DNA from: a virus
IMG/VR virus record: IMGVR_UViG_3300044614_001780
Strand: one strand, 5' to 3'
Length of the DNA stretch: 64,000 nt
Below are positions 17,485 through 26,900 of this stretch, one piece after another. Made by a program: the position numbers and the translations under genes. The notes under the pieces were generated by a model, which saw nothing but the letters and a program-made list of their open reading frames with translations, made no database searches and was not told the origin of the DNA. Within the stretch, counting starts at the first letter, position 1; every line of letters starts with the position of its first letter.

Positions 17485-18289
17485 TTAATTTTTCTCCTCT
17501 GTTAATTAGATACTGTTGTTTCTCATAGTATTTTACTACAGTTTCTCTGTCCTGATTTCTAAACCACTGCCAAAGATTATAGTTATCCATAAATTTTGGA
17601 TTATTATAGTGAGAATTAAAAGTTCTACCATGCTCAAGATGATAGACAACATCATTGACTCTTCCAACTCGATAATTAAGAAGATTCAATCTGTAATAAA
17701 ACTCACAATCTTCTGCTCCCCAAGAAATAAAATTCTCGTTCCACATGCCAATATTGATTTCTGTCTGACGTTTAATCATTTGCCCCCACCCAATTGTGGA
17801 TGAAGCATTTCTAGAATTTGAATTTAAAATTTGATAATTAAACTTTGAATTTAAAAACTCTTCATAAACATTCATTGGGTAGTCAACTGCAAGTTGATAA
17901 ATTCCACAACCAAAGGGATAAATCGCATCACATTGGTCTTCAGCAAGTGCAGCATATGCCAAATGATATGATTGAATAGGAAGAATCATATCAACATCAT
18001 GATTGAAAATAATTTCAGATTTAGATTCAACTAACAAATCATTTAAGATACGAGTTTTATGAAATGCCTTTTCATCACTTTCCTCGTAAATATGAATTAA
18101 ATTAGTTGTATCTGCATATTTTCTAATTTCTGGTATTGCTCTAAATTTAAAATTAGAACGAGTATCAACTTCTTTGATTATAACATTTGAGTCTGGAAAA
18201 TTATGAAGAAGAAAGGAGACTGTTGTAATTATGTTCTTTAATCTATCTTCACTTTCAATCCTACATGGCATCAAAAAATCAAGTTTCAT
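17471..18289 (-). CDS. GT-A glycosyltransferase (GT2/GT7-like)
   Basis: HDVD (DxD) and WGAED motifs. Confidence 0.82.
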   Translation of the reverse strand: MKLDFLMPCRIESEDRLKNIITTVSFLLHNFPDSNVIIKEVDTRSNFKFRAIPEIRKYADTTNLIHIYEESDEKAFHKTRILNDLLVESKSEIIFNHDVDMILPIQSYHLAYAALAEDQCDAIYPFGCGIYQLAVDYPMNVYEEFLNSKFNYQILNSNSRNASSTIGWGQMIKRQTEINIGMWNENFISWGAEDCEFYYRLNLLNYRVGRVNDVVYHLEHGRTFNSHYNNPKFMDNYNLWQWFRNQDRETVVKYYEKQQYLINRGEKLNVSV

Positions 18290-18290
18290 A

Positions 18291-19184
18291 TCAAACCTCT
18301 GCTGGAATTTCCTTTGGATCATTATACTTTTCAATCCATCCCTCTGGGATTAAATCATCCATAATATAATGTTCATACGCAGAACCAAACCAAGGTTTAG
18401 GTGCAATTACTTTTTTATTTTTATTATTAATTAACCAAGCACCCCACCAGGATAAAGAACTATTTGCAATAATTGCATCACTACAGAGAGACATCAAACA
18501 CAAATCAACGTAAGGAACTGATGCTCCATCAGGAAAAAGTTCCAAAGAATTATCTGAAAATAGGAACCTGTCTCCTTTAAAGAATTCTTGATTTTTACAC
18601 CAATCAATAACATCAGAAAAAACAATTACTTGATAAGAATCATCAAATTCTTTAAGTGCTTCTTCATAATATTCAAATTTGCACAAGGGATGGTACTGTT
18701 GAAGCATTTGATATGACCAACGTTCACCTCTTACACCTTGGAGATTTGGATTTCCTCTGCGAACATGCAAAAATACCAACTTATCATTTCCAATGCTTTC
18801 AATATATTCCTTGCATGGTTCTAACCATTCATCTTTAAATTGAAAATCTTCACGAATCTCATCTGCAATATGCTTAAAATATTTTTCTGACTGAAAATAT
18901 CCATCAAGGTCAATATTATCTGGGCATTGCTCAAAAAGATTTTCATTGAAATGAAACTCTCTCCAAGAAATAGTTTGCTTTGGTTGTTCTCCCTGATTAA
19001 CATCTTTACAATTTACCAGTTTAAACGCATCAAAAAGTCCATAGTTATCACATCTATCTGCATCAGCAGGAGGAACCATCCATTGATATCCCTTATGTGC
19101 TGCGATTCCTCTAATTGCAGCATATTGGAACATTTGATTGCCAAGTCTCCCAGCATTGCCGAGACCATTAAATGAAATTGCCAT
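18291..19184 (-). CDS. GT11 alpha-1,2-fucosyltransferase-like (second paralog)
   Basis: GRLGNQMFQYA, HVRRGN and ANSSLSWWGAW motifs. Confidence 0.92.
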   Translation of the reverse strand: MAISFNGLGNAGRLGNQMFQYAAIRGIAAHKGYQWMVPPADADRCDNYGLFDAFKLVNCKDVNQGEQPKQTISWREFHFNENLFEQCPDNIDLDGYFQSEKYFKHIADEIREDFQFKDEWLEPCKEYIESIGNDKLVFLHVRRGNPNLQGVRGERWSYQMLQQYHPLCKFEYYEEALKEFDDSYQVIVFSDVIDWCKNQEFFKGDRFLFSDNSLELFPDGASVPYVDLCLMSLCSDAIIANSSLSWWGAWLINNKNKKVIAPKPWFGSAYEHYIMDDLIPEGWIEKYNDPKEIPAEV

Positions 19185-19193
19185 CTCTTCTCC

Positions 19194-19844
19194 TTAGTTT
19201 TTCTTTACGAATAAAACATCACCCCAATCAGAGGTATGTTCAAATGTTTCTACAGGTTCAAATCCAAATGAATTTAAATATGTTTTAAGTTCATCAAACA
19301 TTACGTTATCAACATAATCTGGATTACTCCAAGTTGCTTCTGTTGTCACGTATGAAACATGCTCTAGGACTTTAGATGCTCCTTTAAGGACCATCAATTC
19401 TGCTCCTTGCGTATCCATATCAAGGAGTTGAAAATCACTAAAGTTAAATTCATTTTCTTCGAGCAAAGTATCGAGTCTAACAGTATCAACTTTAATTGTT
19501 TTTTTATGCCAAGATTCAAATCTTCCTTGAGGTTTTAAAAGAGAAGAGCATCCTTTATTTCCTTTCATGAATGCAGCATCTGGACCATAACAAACATGAA
19601 AATCAATGTCTTTCTGATCCACATCACTAGCAGCAACACAGAATCCATGAGATTCCACAAAACTATCTGCTCTTTCTAAAGCAATCTTCAACTCTTCAAA
19701 TACTTCTGGATTTGGTTCAATCCAAATTATTTGCTTGGCACCAAGTTTTTCATAGTCGAAAATTTCTTCTCCACGATGAGCACCAACGTGAATTACTCCA
19801 TCGACTTTAATATTATTTTCCGAAAAATATTTGTATTGACTCAT
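19194..19844 (-). CDS. FkbM family methyltransferase
   Basis: IHVGAHRGEE, IEPNP and MDTQGAELMVLKG motifs. Confidence 0.9.
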   Translation of the reverse strand: MSQYKYFSENNIKVDGVIHVGAHRGEEIFDYEKLGAKQIIWIEPNPEVFEELKIALERADSFVESHGFCVAASDVDQKDIDFHVCYGPDAAFMKGNKGCSSLLKPQGRFESWHKKTIKVDTVRLDTLLEENEFNFSDFQLLDMDTQGAELMVLKGASKVLEHVSYVTTEATWSNPDYVDNVMFDELKTYLNSFGFEPVETFEHTSDWGDVLFVKKN

Positions 19845-20641
19845 TTAAAATAATTGGTATAGATAAAATCCTCTGCGACAGGAAAGTTTAAAGAACGTTC
19901 AAAATTATCTTTAACTGCATCCATTTTAGAATGATAAAGGTCTTCTGTCAATGAAGAGATATCAAAATCATCATCTAGGAATATAATTCCTTCTTCATTG
20001 AAATACTCAGTAATTCCTCTACATCCATAAAAAATTGGAATAGTTCCAGTAGCAAAACAATCTGTAATCTTCTCAGTGAAATAGGTATCATAAACTGCAT
20101 TTTCTACTGCAATAGAGAACATATAATCCTTTAGTGCTTCTTCTTTACAAGAAATATCTCGGATACCCCTACCAAATAAATCTACTTGGTCTTTGAACTT
20201 ATTCACAAACTCAAGTCTCTTTATATGTCCAGGAACCATAGACTTATTTGATGAGACCATAGAAACTAATTTGGTCTTTTCAAATATCTGTCTATCTACA
20301 ACCCAAGGTGCAGCATTACTAATTGCATATTTAATCTTTGGATATTTTTCACATAATTCCCTATCGCAACTAAAAATACCATCAACTCTAGTAGCAGCAA
20401 ACTCATAATTTTTAATAACCCAATCATAGATTGGTTTGATGATTTGTTTGGATTCCAACAACCAAATATATGTTGGTTTGGTCTGAACTGTAGAAAATGC
20501 TTCTAGAGAACGTTGATTTACATAAAAATTAACGTCTCCAGAACCATCATAAACCCACTCAGTGAACTTAGAAGTATTTTTATCTGAAGTGGATGGAAGA
20601 AGAGAATCGTTACAATAAAGATTAATCTTAAACTTGCTCAT
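19841..20641 (-). CDS. GT10 (fucosyltransferase)-like protein
   Basis: YMFSIAVEN...YFTEKI.DCF..GTIPIFYG. Confidence 0.8.
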   Translation of the reverse strand: MSKFKINLYCNDSLLPSTSDKNTSKFTEWVYDGSGDVNFYVNQRSLEAFSTVQTKPTYIWLLESKQIIKPIYDWVIKNYEFAATRVDGIFSCDRELCEKYPKIKYAISNAAPWVVDRQIFEKTKLVSMVSSNKSMVPGHIKRLEFVNKFKDQVDLFGRGIRDISCKEEALKDYMFSIAVENAVYDTYFTEKITDCFATGTIPIFYGCRGITEYFNEEGIIFLDDDFDISSLTEDLYHSKMDAVKDNFERSLNFPVAEDFIYTNYFK

Positions 20642-21476
20642 TCTTCATTGCCTCAAAGACCTTAGCAATTCCTTGCTCGATAGAAGTTTTTGGCATCCAC
20701 CACTTAGTCAAATATGTGTCTGGTTGATTTCTCTTATCCATTTGAACAGAATCTTTTTGTTCAGAAGGTTGAATTCTAATTTCTTTTCCAATCAGATTAA
20801 ATTGTCCACTAATTATGCCAGCAATATCAATAATTTTTGTCGAACGGAAACTAGTGATGTGGAGGTTATCTTCCGACGTAAAATCATTGAAATCCTCCAT
20901 AATTTTCTCAAGCGCTTCACAGCAATCTTCTGCATACAAAAACTCCCTTTCCTCATGTCCATCAGTAAGCATATCAATTACACCAGTCTCGAATCCCTTA
21001 CGAATAAAGTCTGTGATAACATGTGCTTTATCATGGTCTTTTTCAACACCATAAACATTCCAGAACTTAACAATAAGTCCATTAAGAGACTTGGTATAAA
21101 GTTCACCAACATTTTTAAGAACTCCATATGGAGAATAACTCATATTGCTCATCTGAGATGATGCAAAAACAAACCTTTTATTATACTTCTTAAGAAGTCC
21201 AAAGGCATTTGCCATCAAACGAGCATTGTTATCAATGAACTGGAAAGTATGTTGATATTTTTTAAGGTATCTAGAACCACCAACATCAAATGCAAGGAAG
21301 AATACAAAGTCAGAATCTTTGATATTATCCTCCAAGTTTTGATTTGGGATAACAGTCATATCTTGTTCTGGTCCATTCACAACATCAAATTCATTGACGG
21401 TATGACCTTTTCCACGAAGATATTCGGTCAGGTATGCTCCAACCTGACCACTTGAACCTAATACTGAGATTTTCAT
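20628..21476 (-). CDS. NAD-dependent epimerase/dehydratase (extended SDR)
   Basis: GSSGQVG, YGVLK, NVYG and REFLYAED motifs. Confidence 0.88.
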   Translation of the reverse strand: MKISVLGSSGQVGAYLTEYLRGKGHTVNEFDVVNGPEQDMTVIPNQNLEDNIKDSDFVFFLAFDVGGSRYLKKYQHTFQFIDNNARLMANAFGLLKKYNKRFVFASSQMSNMSYSPYGVLKNVGELYTKSLNGLIVKFWNVYGVEKDHDKAHVITDFIRKGFETGVIDMLTDGHEEREFLYAEDCCEALEKIMEDFNDFTSEDNLHITSFRSTKIIDIAGIISGQFNLIGKEIRIQPSEQKDSVQMDKRNQPDTYLTKWWMPKTSIEQGIAKVFEAMKNEQV

Positions 21477-22165
21477 TCTAAGCTATCTACTATCCAAAGA
21501 GTTTGTACGTGTGGATATGCATATCCATTTTGATATAATTTAGTCATCGAGATTCCCCACTTATCTAGAATCTCTTTATGTGCTCGTGATTCCCCATCCT
21601 TAAATTCTTCAAATCCTGGAGTTCCCCCCCAATCATCGTATCCGATTAAAGTACCAGGAACAATGAGATTATTTTCCATCAAATAATCAAATGCATATTT
21701 TGTTGGAGAATAAATGTCTAAATCAAAATCAACATAAAATGCTGGTTTTAAATCTTTTTGTTGAGGAAGAGTCTCTTCAACAAGTCCAGCAATAACAGAT
21801 ACTTTACTTTGATTATTTCTACCTGTAAAGATATTTTGAACTTCATTTTGAATATGCTTTGCACAATCATCTGAAGTATCCAGACTCATATACTTTAGCA
21901 CATTAAATTCATCTGGAAAAATATCTGGATTCCAGGAATCTTGGAAAATGGGTTCTGCTGTTTCTTTTGGCATTCCAGTAAAAACATCAAACCCATAAAA
22001 ATTATTAACTTCTATTTTATGTCTATTTAAAATAGAAGCAATTTCTTTCATCGACCCACCATTAAAAACACCAAATTGATAAACATCATAATTTACCAAT
22101 TCTTCTTTTTCAAAACTATTATGGTCGTTAACTGCAACATCTAATAAAGAAGTTCTCCAACTCAT
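21473..22165 (-). CDS. TylF/MycF-like O-methyltransferase
   Basis: FGVFNGGS, GFDVFTGMP, DFDLDIY and GYDDW motifs. Confidence 0.75.
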   Translation of the reverse strand: MSWRTSLLDVAVNDHNSFEKEELVNYDVYQFGVFNGGSMKEIASILNRHKIEVNNFYGFDVFTGMPKETAEPIFQDSWNPDIFPDEFNVLKYMSLDTSDDCAKHIQNEVQNIFTGRNNQSKVSVIAGLVEETLPQQKDLKPAFYVDFDLDIYSPTKYAFDYLMENNLIVPGTLIGYDDWGGTPGFEEFKDGESRAHKEILDKWGISMTKLYQNGYAYPHVQTLWIVDSLE

Positions 22166-23217
22166 GATTGTTTTTTAGCAATTTGACCACTAATCCATTC
22201 ATATGTTTTACGAATACCTTCTTCAAGAGTCTGAGAATAATCCCAACCCAGTTTTTCACGAATCAAATCATTATTTGAATTGCGACCACGAACACCAAGA
22301 GGTGCATCGAGTTTATGTTCTTTATCTACATTCTTGCCAGAAACTTTAGCAGCAGTTTCAACCAATTGATTGATGGTAACCATTTCTTCTGACCCAATGT
22401 TAACTGGTCCAATAAAATTGGAATCCATCAATCGTCTTGTTGCTTCGATGCATTCATCAATATAGAGGAAAGATCTAGTTTGTTTTCCATCTCCCCATAC
22501 TTCGATAGAACCTCCCTCAGACGGAAGATATGCCACCTTTCTACAAATCGCAGCAGGAGCTTTTTCTCTTCCTCCTTCCCAGGTCCCCTCTGGTCCAAAG
22601 ATGTTATGATATCTAGCAACACGTACAGGAATGCCGTAATTCCTATTGTAAGCAAAATATAGACGCTCACTAAAAAGTTTTTCCCAACCATATTCAGAGT
22701 CTGGATTGGCAGGATAAGCAGAAGACTCCCTACAATCAGGATTATCGGGATCAAGTTGGTTATGCTCAGGGTACATGCAAGCAGAACCAGAATAGAAAAT
22801 TTTAGTATCGTTTTTACCGAATTTTTCATTTAATTTATGCTGCTCCTCAAGAACATTCAAATTAATAGTTGCTGAGTTGTGCATAATGTCAGCATCATTT
22901 TCACCAGTGAAGACAAATCCTGCACCACCCATATCAGCAGCAAACTGATAAATCTCATCAAATGCTTGGATATAACGGTAAGGAACTGACTGATAGAAAT
23001 TGCCTCTATCTCCCTTATATTCAAGCACACGACGAACAAAATCTACATCACGCAAATCTCCCTGAACAAATTCATTTGCCTCAGTGGGAGAAAATTCTGG
23101 ATATTTAAGGTCTACTCCACGAACCCAATATCCTTCAGAACGAAGTCTTTTAACCATGTGACTTCCAATAAAACCACCAGCACCTAAAACAAGTGCTTTC
23201 TTAATGTATTGACCCAT
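22162..23217 (-). CDS. GDP-mannose 3',5'-epimerase-like SDR
   Basis: GAGGFIG, AADMGGAGF, SACMYPE, YGWEKL, GGREKAPAA and GVRGRNSNN (GME signature motifs). Confidence 0.9.
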   Translation of the reverse strand: MGQYIKKALVLGAGGFIGSHMVKRLRSEGYWVRGVDLKYPEFSPTEANEFVQGDLRDVDFVRRVLEYKGDRGNFYQSVPYRYIQAFDEIYQFAADMGGAGFVFTGENDADIMHNSATINLNVLEEQHKLNEKFGKNDTKIFYSGSACMYPEHNQLDPDNPDCRESSAYPANPDSEYGWEKLFSERLYFAYNRNYGIPVRVARYHNIFGPEGTWEGGREKAPAAICRKVAYLPSEGGSIEVWGDGKQTRSFLYIDECIEATRRLMDSNFIGPVNIGSEEMVTINQLVETAAKVSGKNVDKEHKLDAPLGVRGRNSNNDLIREKLGWDYSQTLEEGIRKTYEWISGQIAKKQS

Positions 23218-23252
23218 ACTTTAATCAAGAAAATAATAATTCTTTAGTATAT

Positions 23253-23292
23253 ATCATACTAAAAAAGAGGGGTATTGTAAACCCCTCTTTTT
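23253..23292 (-). terminator. Intrinsic terminator overlapping a sigma70 promoter for the glycosylation cluster
   Basis: AAAAGAGGGGT/ACCCCTCTTTT hairpin; TTTACA-N17-TATGAT. Confidence 0.7.
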
Positions 23293-23295
23293 ATA

Positions 23296-23690
23296 GTTTA
23301 TTTTTAACTGGAGATAATAACCAGGCGGGAGTTATCCCATCCGCACCACCAATTTTTTAGAGAAATTGGAAACTCAATCAGTTGTTCGATTTCTCGGCTC
23401 CACCACCTAGTTTTACTTAACTAGGAAAAGTTGAGTTAACTTTGCAAATTCTATGACTCCATAAAATACACAAAGGATTAAAACATCCCAAAGCTTAAGT
23501 TTAATTGCAAAAGGTACTGTAAATAAACCACCAATACATTTTATTAATAATCCATATTTAAAATCACCCCAAAGAAGAACAAAATATCCAACTATTAAAA
23601 GAAAATTTCCAATATACCTAAGAAGGTCTGCTTTAATCATGTATTAACCCAAGGCACTCCGACCAGTACTGTTAAAGTCCATCCGTGACT
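23296..23690 (-). ncRNA. manA-like (manA/wcaG group) cyanophage structured RNA, interrupted by an ORF
   Basis: GTCACGGATGGAC 5' block, tandem H-type pseudoknots followed by TGGTG, GCGGATGGGATAACTCCCGC hairpin; upstream of a sugar epimerase; family name from recall. Confidence 0.65.
23413..23640 (-). CDS. Small multi-TM membrane protein embedded in the structured RNA
   Basis: 75 aa, about 3 hydrophobic segments. Confidence 0.75.
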   Translation of the reverse strand: MIKADLLRYIGNFLLIVGYFVLLWGDFKYGLLIKCIGGLFTVPFAIKLKLWDVLILCVFYGVIEFAKLTQLFLVK

Positions 23691-23694
23691 ATTT

Positions 23695-23865
23695 TTAAGA
23701 AGCATCATTATGCTCTGTATGTATTTTAATCACTTCACAGTCAGATGGCACAATTGATACCAAACGACCCGTTTTATCTTGAATTAAAAATGATTCTCCA
23801 TTTTCAACTCTATCAATATAATTATCAAAGTTTTTTTGAAAAGATTCAATGGAGATTTTTTCCAT
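23695..23865 (-). CDS. Phd/YefM-like small protein
   Basis: MEKISIESFQKNFDNYIDRVENGESFLI resembles the Phd N-terminal fold. Confidence 0.6.
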   Translation of the reverse strand: MEKISIESFQKNFDNYIDRVENGESFLIQDKTGRLVSIVPSDCEVIKIHTEHNDAS

Positions 23866-24010
23866 CAGACTTTGGGACTCGATGTATATGCATAATACCT
23901 GCAAAAGGAAGTATTGTCAACCCACATCCGCAAAGAAAAAGAAAAAAGGGACTTTGGGCAAGTACTTCTACAATTTTAAATAAAATATTAGTGTGATGTA
24001 CCATTTCCAT
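23846..24010 (-). CDS. Small membrane protein (start uncertain)
   Basis: Hydrophobic SPFFLFLCGCGLTILPFAGIM. Confidence 0.5.
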   Translation of the reverse strand: MEMVHHTNILFKIVEVLAQSPFFLFLCGCGLTILPFAGIMHIHRVPKSDGKNLH

Positions 24011-24107
24011 TATAATCGTTAGAATCATAATAACCACCCCTTGTCCCAAAATAAAGTGTGGTCAATACAAAGGGAATTGCAACAAATAAGAGTGCTTTAC
24101 CTAACAT
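23988..24107 (-). CDS. ndhP: NDH-1 subunit NdhP-like microprotein (39 aa)
   Basis: MLGKALLFVAIPFVLTTLYFGTRGGYYDSNDYNGNGTSH matches the NdhP pattern TM + FGTRNGFYDTDxYHGNGSAH; not in the ORF track. Confidence 0.85.
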   Translation of the reverse strand: MLGKALLFVAIPFVLTTLYFGTRGGYYDSNDYNGNGTSH

Positions 24108-25131
24108 GATGCCCACCAAACATATATCGCATTCCGTTCAAAACTTTGGCTGCGAAAGTACCCAGATTGCGACTATTAAATCTTTCATAAAGGGCAGTAG
24201 TAATGACAGGAGCGGGTACACCAAGGTCCACAGCGGCAGAAACAGTCCAACGACCCTCACCACTGTCGGAAACTCCTCCAGAGAACTGTTTAAGTTGACC
24301 ATCATTCCGTAGAACATCAGCGGTAAGGTCAAGTAACCAACTACCAACAACACTACCACGACGCCATAACTCAGCAACCTCAGCAACGTCAATATCATAG
24401 CAATAAGATTCTGGGTCTGCCATAGGGGCAACCTCTGCATCTCCTTCTTTGACATACTGAGCACCTGCATTTGCATTCTTGATGATATTAAATCCTTCTG
24501 CATATGCTTGCATAATACCATACTCAATACCATTATGCACCATCTTTACAAAGTGTCCAGCACCTGGACCACCACAATGCAACCAACCGTATTCAGCAGA
24601 AGTTATGTCTGAGTCAAATTGAGTCCTGGGGGCAGCGTCAATTCCTGGGGAGAGGGCATTAAAAATGCTTGAACAAGTGGAGACCGCAGTATCTCCGCCA
24701 CCAACCATAAGACAGTATCCACGATCCAGACCATAAACACCACCGCTAGTGCCACAATCAATATATTGGATACCAAGTTTTGCCAAGCGTTCTGCTCTCT
24801 TCCGACTGTCCTTAAAATTGCTATTGCCATGATCAATAATAATATCTCCTTCACCACAATATCGTAGTAACTCATTAATCGTCTCCTCTACAGTTTCTGC
24901 GGGCACAACCATTTGGAAAATTCCTGGTTGAGTTGCACCATTTTTATTTTGCTTAACTACTTTAACAAGATTTTCAATAGTAGTTGTAACTCCATCCACA
25001 AATCCCTTTTCATAAGCTTCTTGTGCTTTTTCATAATTTCTACGATAACCCCAAACTTCTATTCCTGCCTTCATCATACGACGAGACATTCCTTCACCCA
25101 TTCTACCTAATCCAATTAATCCTACTTTCAT
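24097..25131 (-). CDS. gnd: 6-phosphogluconate dehydrogenase (short, GntZ-type)
   Basis: GLIGLGRMG, DCGTSGG, GHFVKMVHNGIEY and RYMFGGH motifs. Confidence 0.97.
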   Translation of the reverse strand: MKVGLIGLGRMGEGMSRRMMKAGIEVWGYRRNYEKAQEAYEKGFVDGVTTTIENLVKVVKQNKNGATQPGIFQMVVPAETVEETINELLRYCGEGDIIIDHGNSNFKDSRKRAERLAKLGIQYIDCGTSGGVYGLDRGYCLMVGGGDTAVSTCSSIFNALSPGIDAAPRTQFDSDITSAEYGWLHCGGPGAGHFVKMVHNGIEYGIMQAYAEGFNIIKNANAGAQYVKEGDAEVAPMADPESYCYDIDVAEVAELWRRGSVVGSWLLDLTADVLRNDGQLKQFSGGVSDSGEGRWTVSAAVDLGVPAPVITTALYERFNSRNLGTFAAKVLNGMRYMFGGHHVR

Positions 25132-25140
25132 AATTCCCTC

Positions 25141-26469
25141 CTAAACAAGTTTGAGTGGATAATCCCACTTAGTAATCTTTTCTATTTCTTCTTGTGGACC
25201 CCAAGTACCAAAATTATAATTATAAGGTCTTGTATTTACTGGACACTGCTCCCCAACACAAAGAAGATCATCAACAATTCTCCAAGATTCCAACACTTCT
25301 TCCGAATGAACAAAGTGTGATTGATCTCCCATTATTGCATCATATAAAAGTTTCACATACCCATCAATTGCACCCTCTGGGTAGCTATGAGTCAAAATTG
25401 CAGTTTCAATTTTATCATCCAATCCAGGGGATTTAATATCAATCTGAATATCAAAATGTGGGTCTGGTTGGAATCTCATTACGATTCTATCTTTTGGTTC
25501 ATGCTCACCAAACAAATTAAGTGGTGGTGATTTTAATTTAATTACAACTTCCACACAAGAAACAGGAAGTTTCTTGCCAGTCATAAAATAAAAAGGAACA
25601 CCTTTCCATCTCCAATTGTCTATATACATGTCTCCAGCAACAAAAGTTGGTGTTTGCGAATCACCGTTAACTCCAGACTCATTGCGATATCCTGCATATT
25701 GACCACAAACCAATTTTGTTCCCAATCTTGCAGCAGAAAGAACTTTGACCTTCTCTCTACGAATTTCTTTTGCATCATTTTTGCAAGGTGCTTCCATTGC
25801 AATTAGAGCAAGTAATTGCAACATATGATTCTGCAACATATCCCTGACCGCACCAGCAGTCTCATAGTATTGTGCCCTACCCTCACAACCGATAATTTCA
25901 GTTGCAAAAATTTGGACCTCCTCCACATAATCACGATTCCACAAAGGTTCTAGAAGAATGTTACTGAATCTAGTTGCCAGAATATTATTAACAGTATCTT
26001 TTCCAAGATAGTGGTCTATACGATAGACCTGTTTTTCTCGAAGATTTGACGAAACAATTTCTTGAAGTTCTTCTGCAGAGTTAAGGTTATACCCAAAGGG
26101 CTTTTCAATAACAACCTTAGTATTATCCTGGTCATCTACAAGACCAGACATTTTAAGATTAAGAATAGCATCAGAATATCTTTCTGGTGGAACAGAAAGA
26201 AAATAAGTATTCTCATCACCTAAGGGCAAAAGTTTAAGTGATTCTAAATCACTTAAATCACAAGAAACATAATCTAAAATTCTTACAAAATCCTCAGAAT
26301 AGGATCCCAAAGTATGCAACCAACTCTGTTTGCTGTGCTTAGTCCGTGATGCACCAATTATTTTAAAATCTTCTGGTAGAAGTTTTCTTTTATAGAGTTC
26401 ATAAAGTGCTGGTATCAACTTTTTTCTACAAAGATCTCCTGTTGCTCCAAAAATTACTATTGTTTTCAT
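25141..26469 (-). CDS. zwf: Glucose-6-phosphate dehydrogenase
   Basis: IFGATGDL, EKPFG, RIDHYLGKD and RDMLQNH motifs. Confidence 0.97.
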   Translation of the reverse strand: MKTIVIFGATGDLCRKKLIPALYELYKRKLLPEDFKIIGASRTKHSKQSWLHTLGSYSEDFVRILDYVSCDLSDLESLKLLPLGDENTYFLSVPPERYSDAILNLKMSGLVDDQDNTKVVIEKPFGYNLNSAEELQEIVSSNLREKQVYRIDHYLGKDTVNNILATRFSNILLEPLWNRDYVEEVQIFATEIIGCEGRAQYYETAGAVRDMLQNHMLQLLALIAMEAPCKNDAKEIRREKVKVLSAARLGTKLVCGQYAGYRNESGVNGDSQTPTFVAGDMYIDNWRWKGVPFYFMTGKKLPVSCVEVVIKLKSPPLNLFGEHEPKDRIVMRFQPDPHFDIQIDIKSPGLDDKIETAILTHSYPEGAIDGYVKLLYDAIMGDQSHFVHSEEVLESWRIVDDLLCVGEQCPVNTRPYNYNFGTWGPQEEIEKITKWDYPLKLV

Positions 26470-26471
26470 AG

Positions 26472-26645
26472 TTACCAATCGTCGTTGTCTTCGTTATCCC
26501 CGTCAAGTTCCTTTAAATAATCAATCCACCATTGTGGGTCTTTTTGAATCCTCCATTTCGGAACATCCAACCCACGTTCAAAATACCAATCAAAGATTGC
26601 TTTTTCTATAATTTCCTTAGTTTCAATAATTTTCTTCCTTTTCAT
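26472..26645 (-). CDS. Small hypothetical protein
   Basis: GGAG before ATG 26645; PQWWIDYL motif. Confidence 0.55.
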   Translation of the reverse strand: MKRKKIIETKEIIEKAIFDWYFERGLDVPKWRIQKDPQWWIDYLKELDGDNEDNDDW

Positions 26646-26814
26646 CAACATCTCCATATGCATTATCCACATAGGGTCCGTGTGGTCGTTTGGTATCTTC
26701 TCTGACATAATTGACCTCAGAAACACTTGTGGACAACCACAATGATATTTTCATTATTATGTAGATAATTGCCAATGGCAGAAAACATAAAGTTAAGATT
26801 AATGTATGTTTCAT
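26623..26814 (-). CDS. Small single-TM protein
   Basis: Hydrophobic N-terminus; ATGA coupling. Confidence 0.7.
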   Translation of the reverse strand: MKHTLILTLCFLPLAIIYIIMKISLWLSTSVSEVNYVREDTKRPHGPYVDNAYGDVDEKEENY

Positions 26815-26900
26815 TGTGGATATGCGTTATTAAGTCCCCAATTTACAAATACTATTATTGTACCAAAAATTAAAATTGAAGACAGTATTAAATTATTCAT
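26811..26900 (-). CDS. Single-TM microprotein (29 aa)
   Basis: MNNLILSSILIFGTIIVFVNWGLNNAYPQ; coupled at both ends. Confidence 0.6.
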   Translation of the reverse strand: MNNLILSSILIFGTIIVFVNWGLNNAYPQ

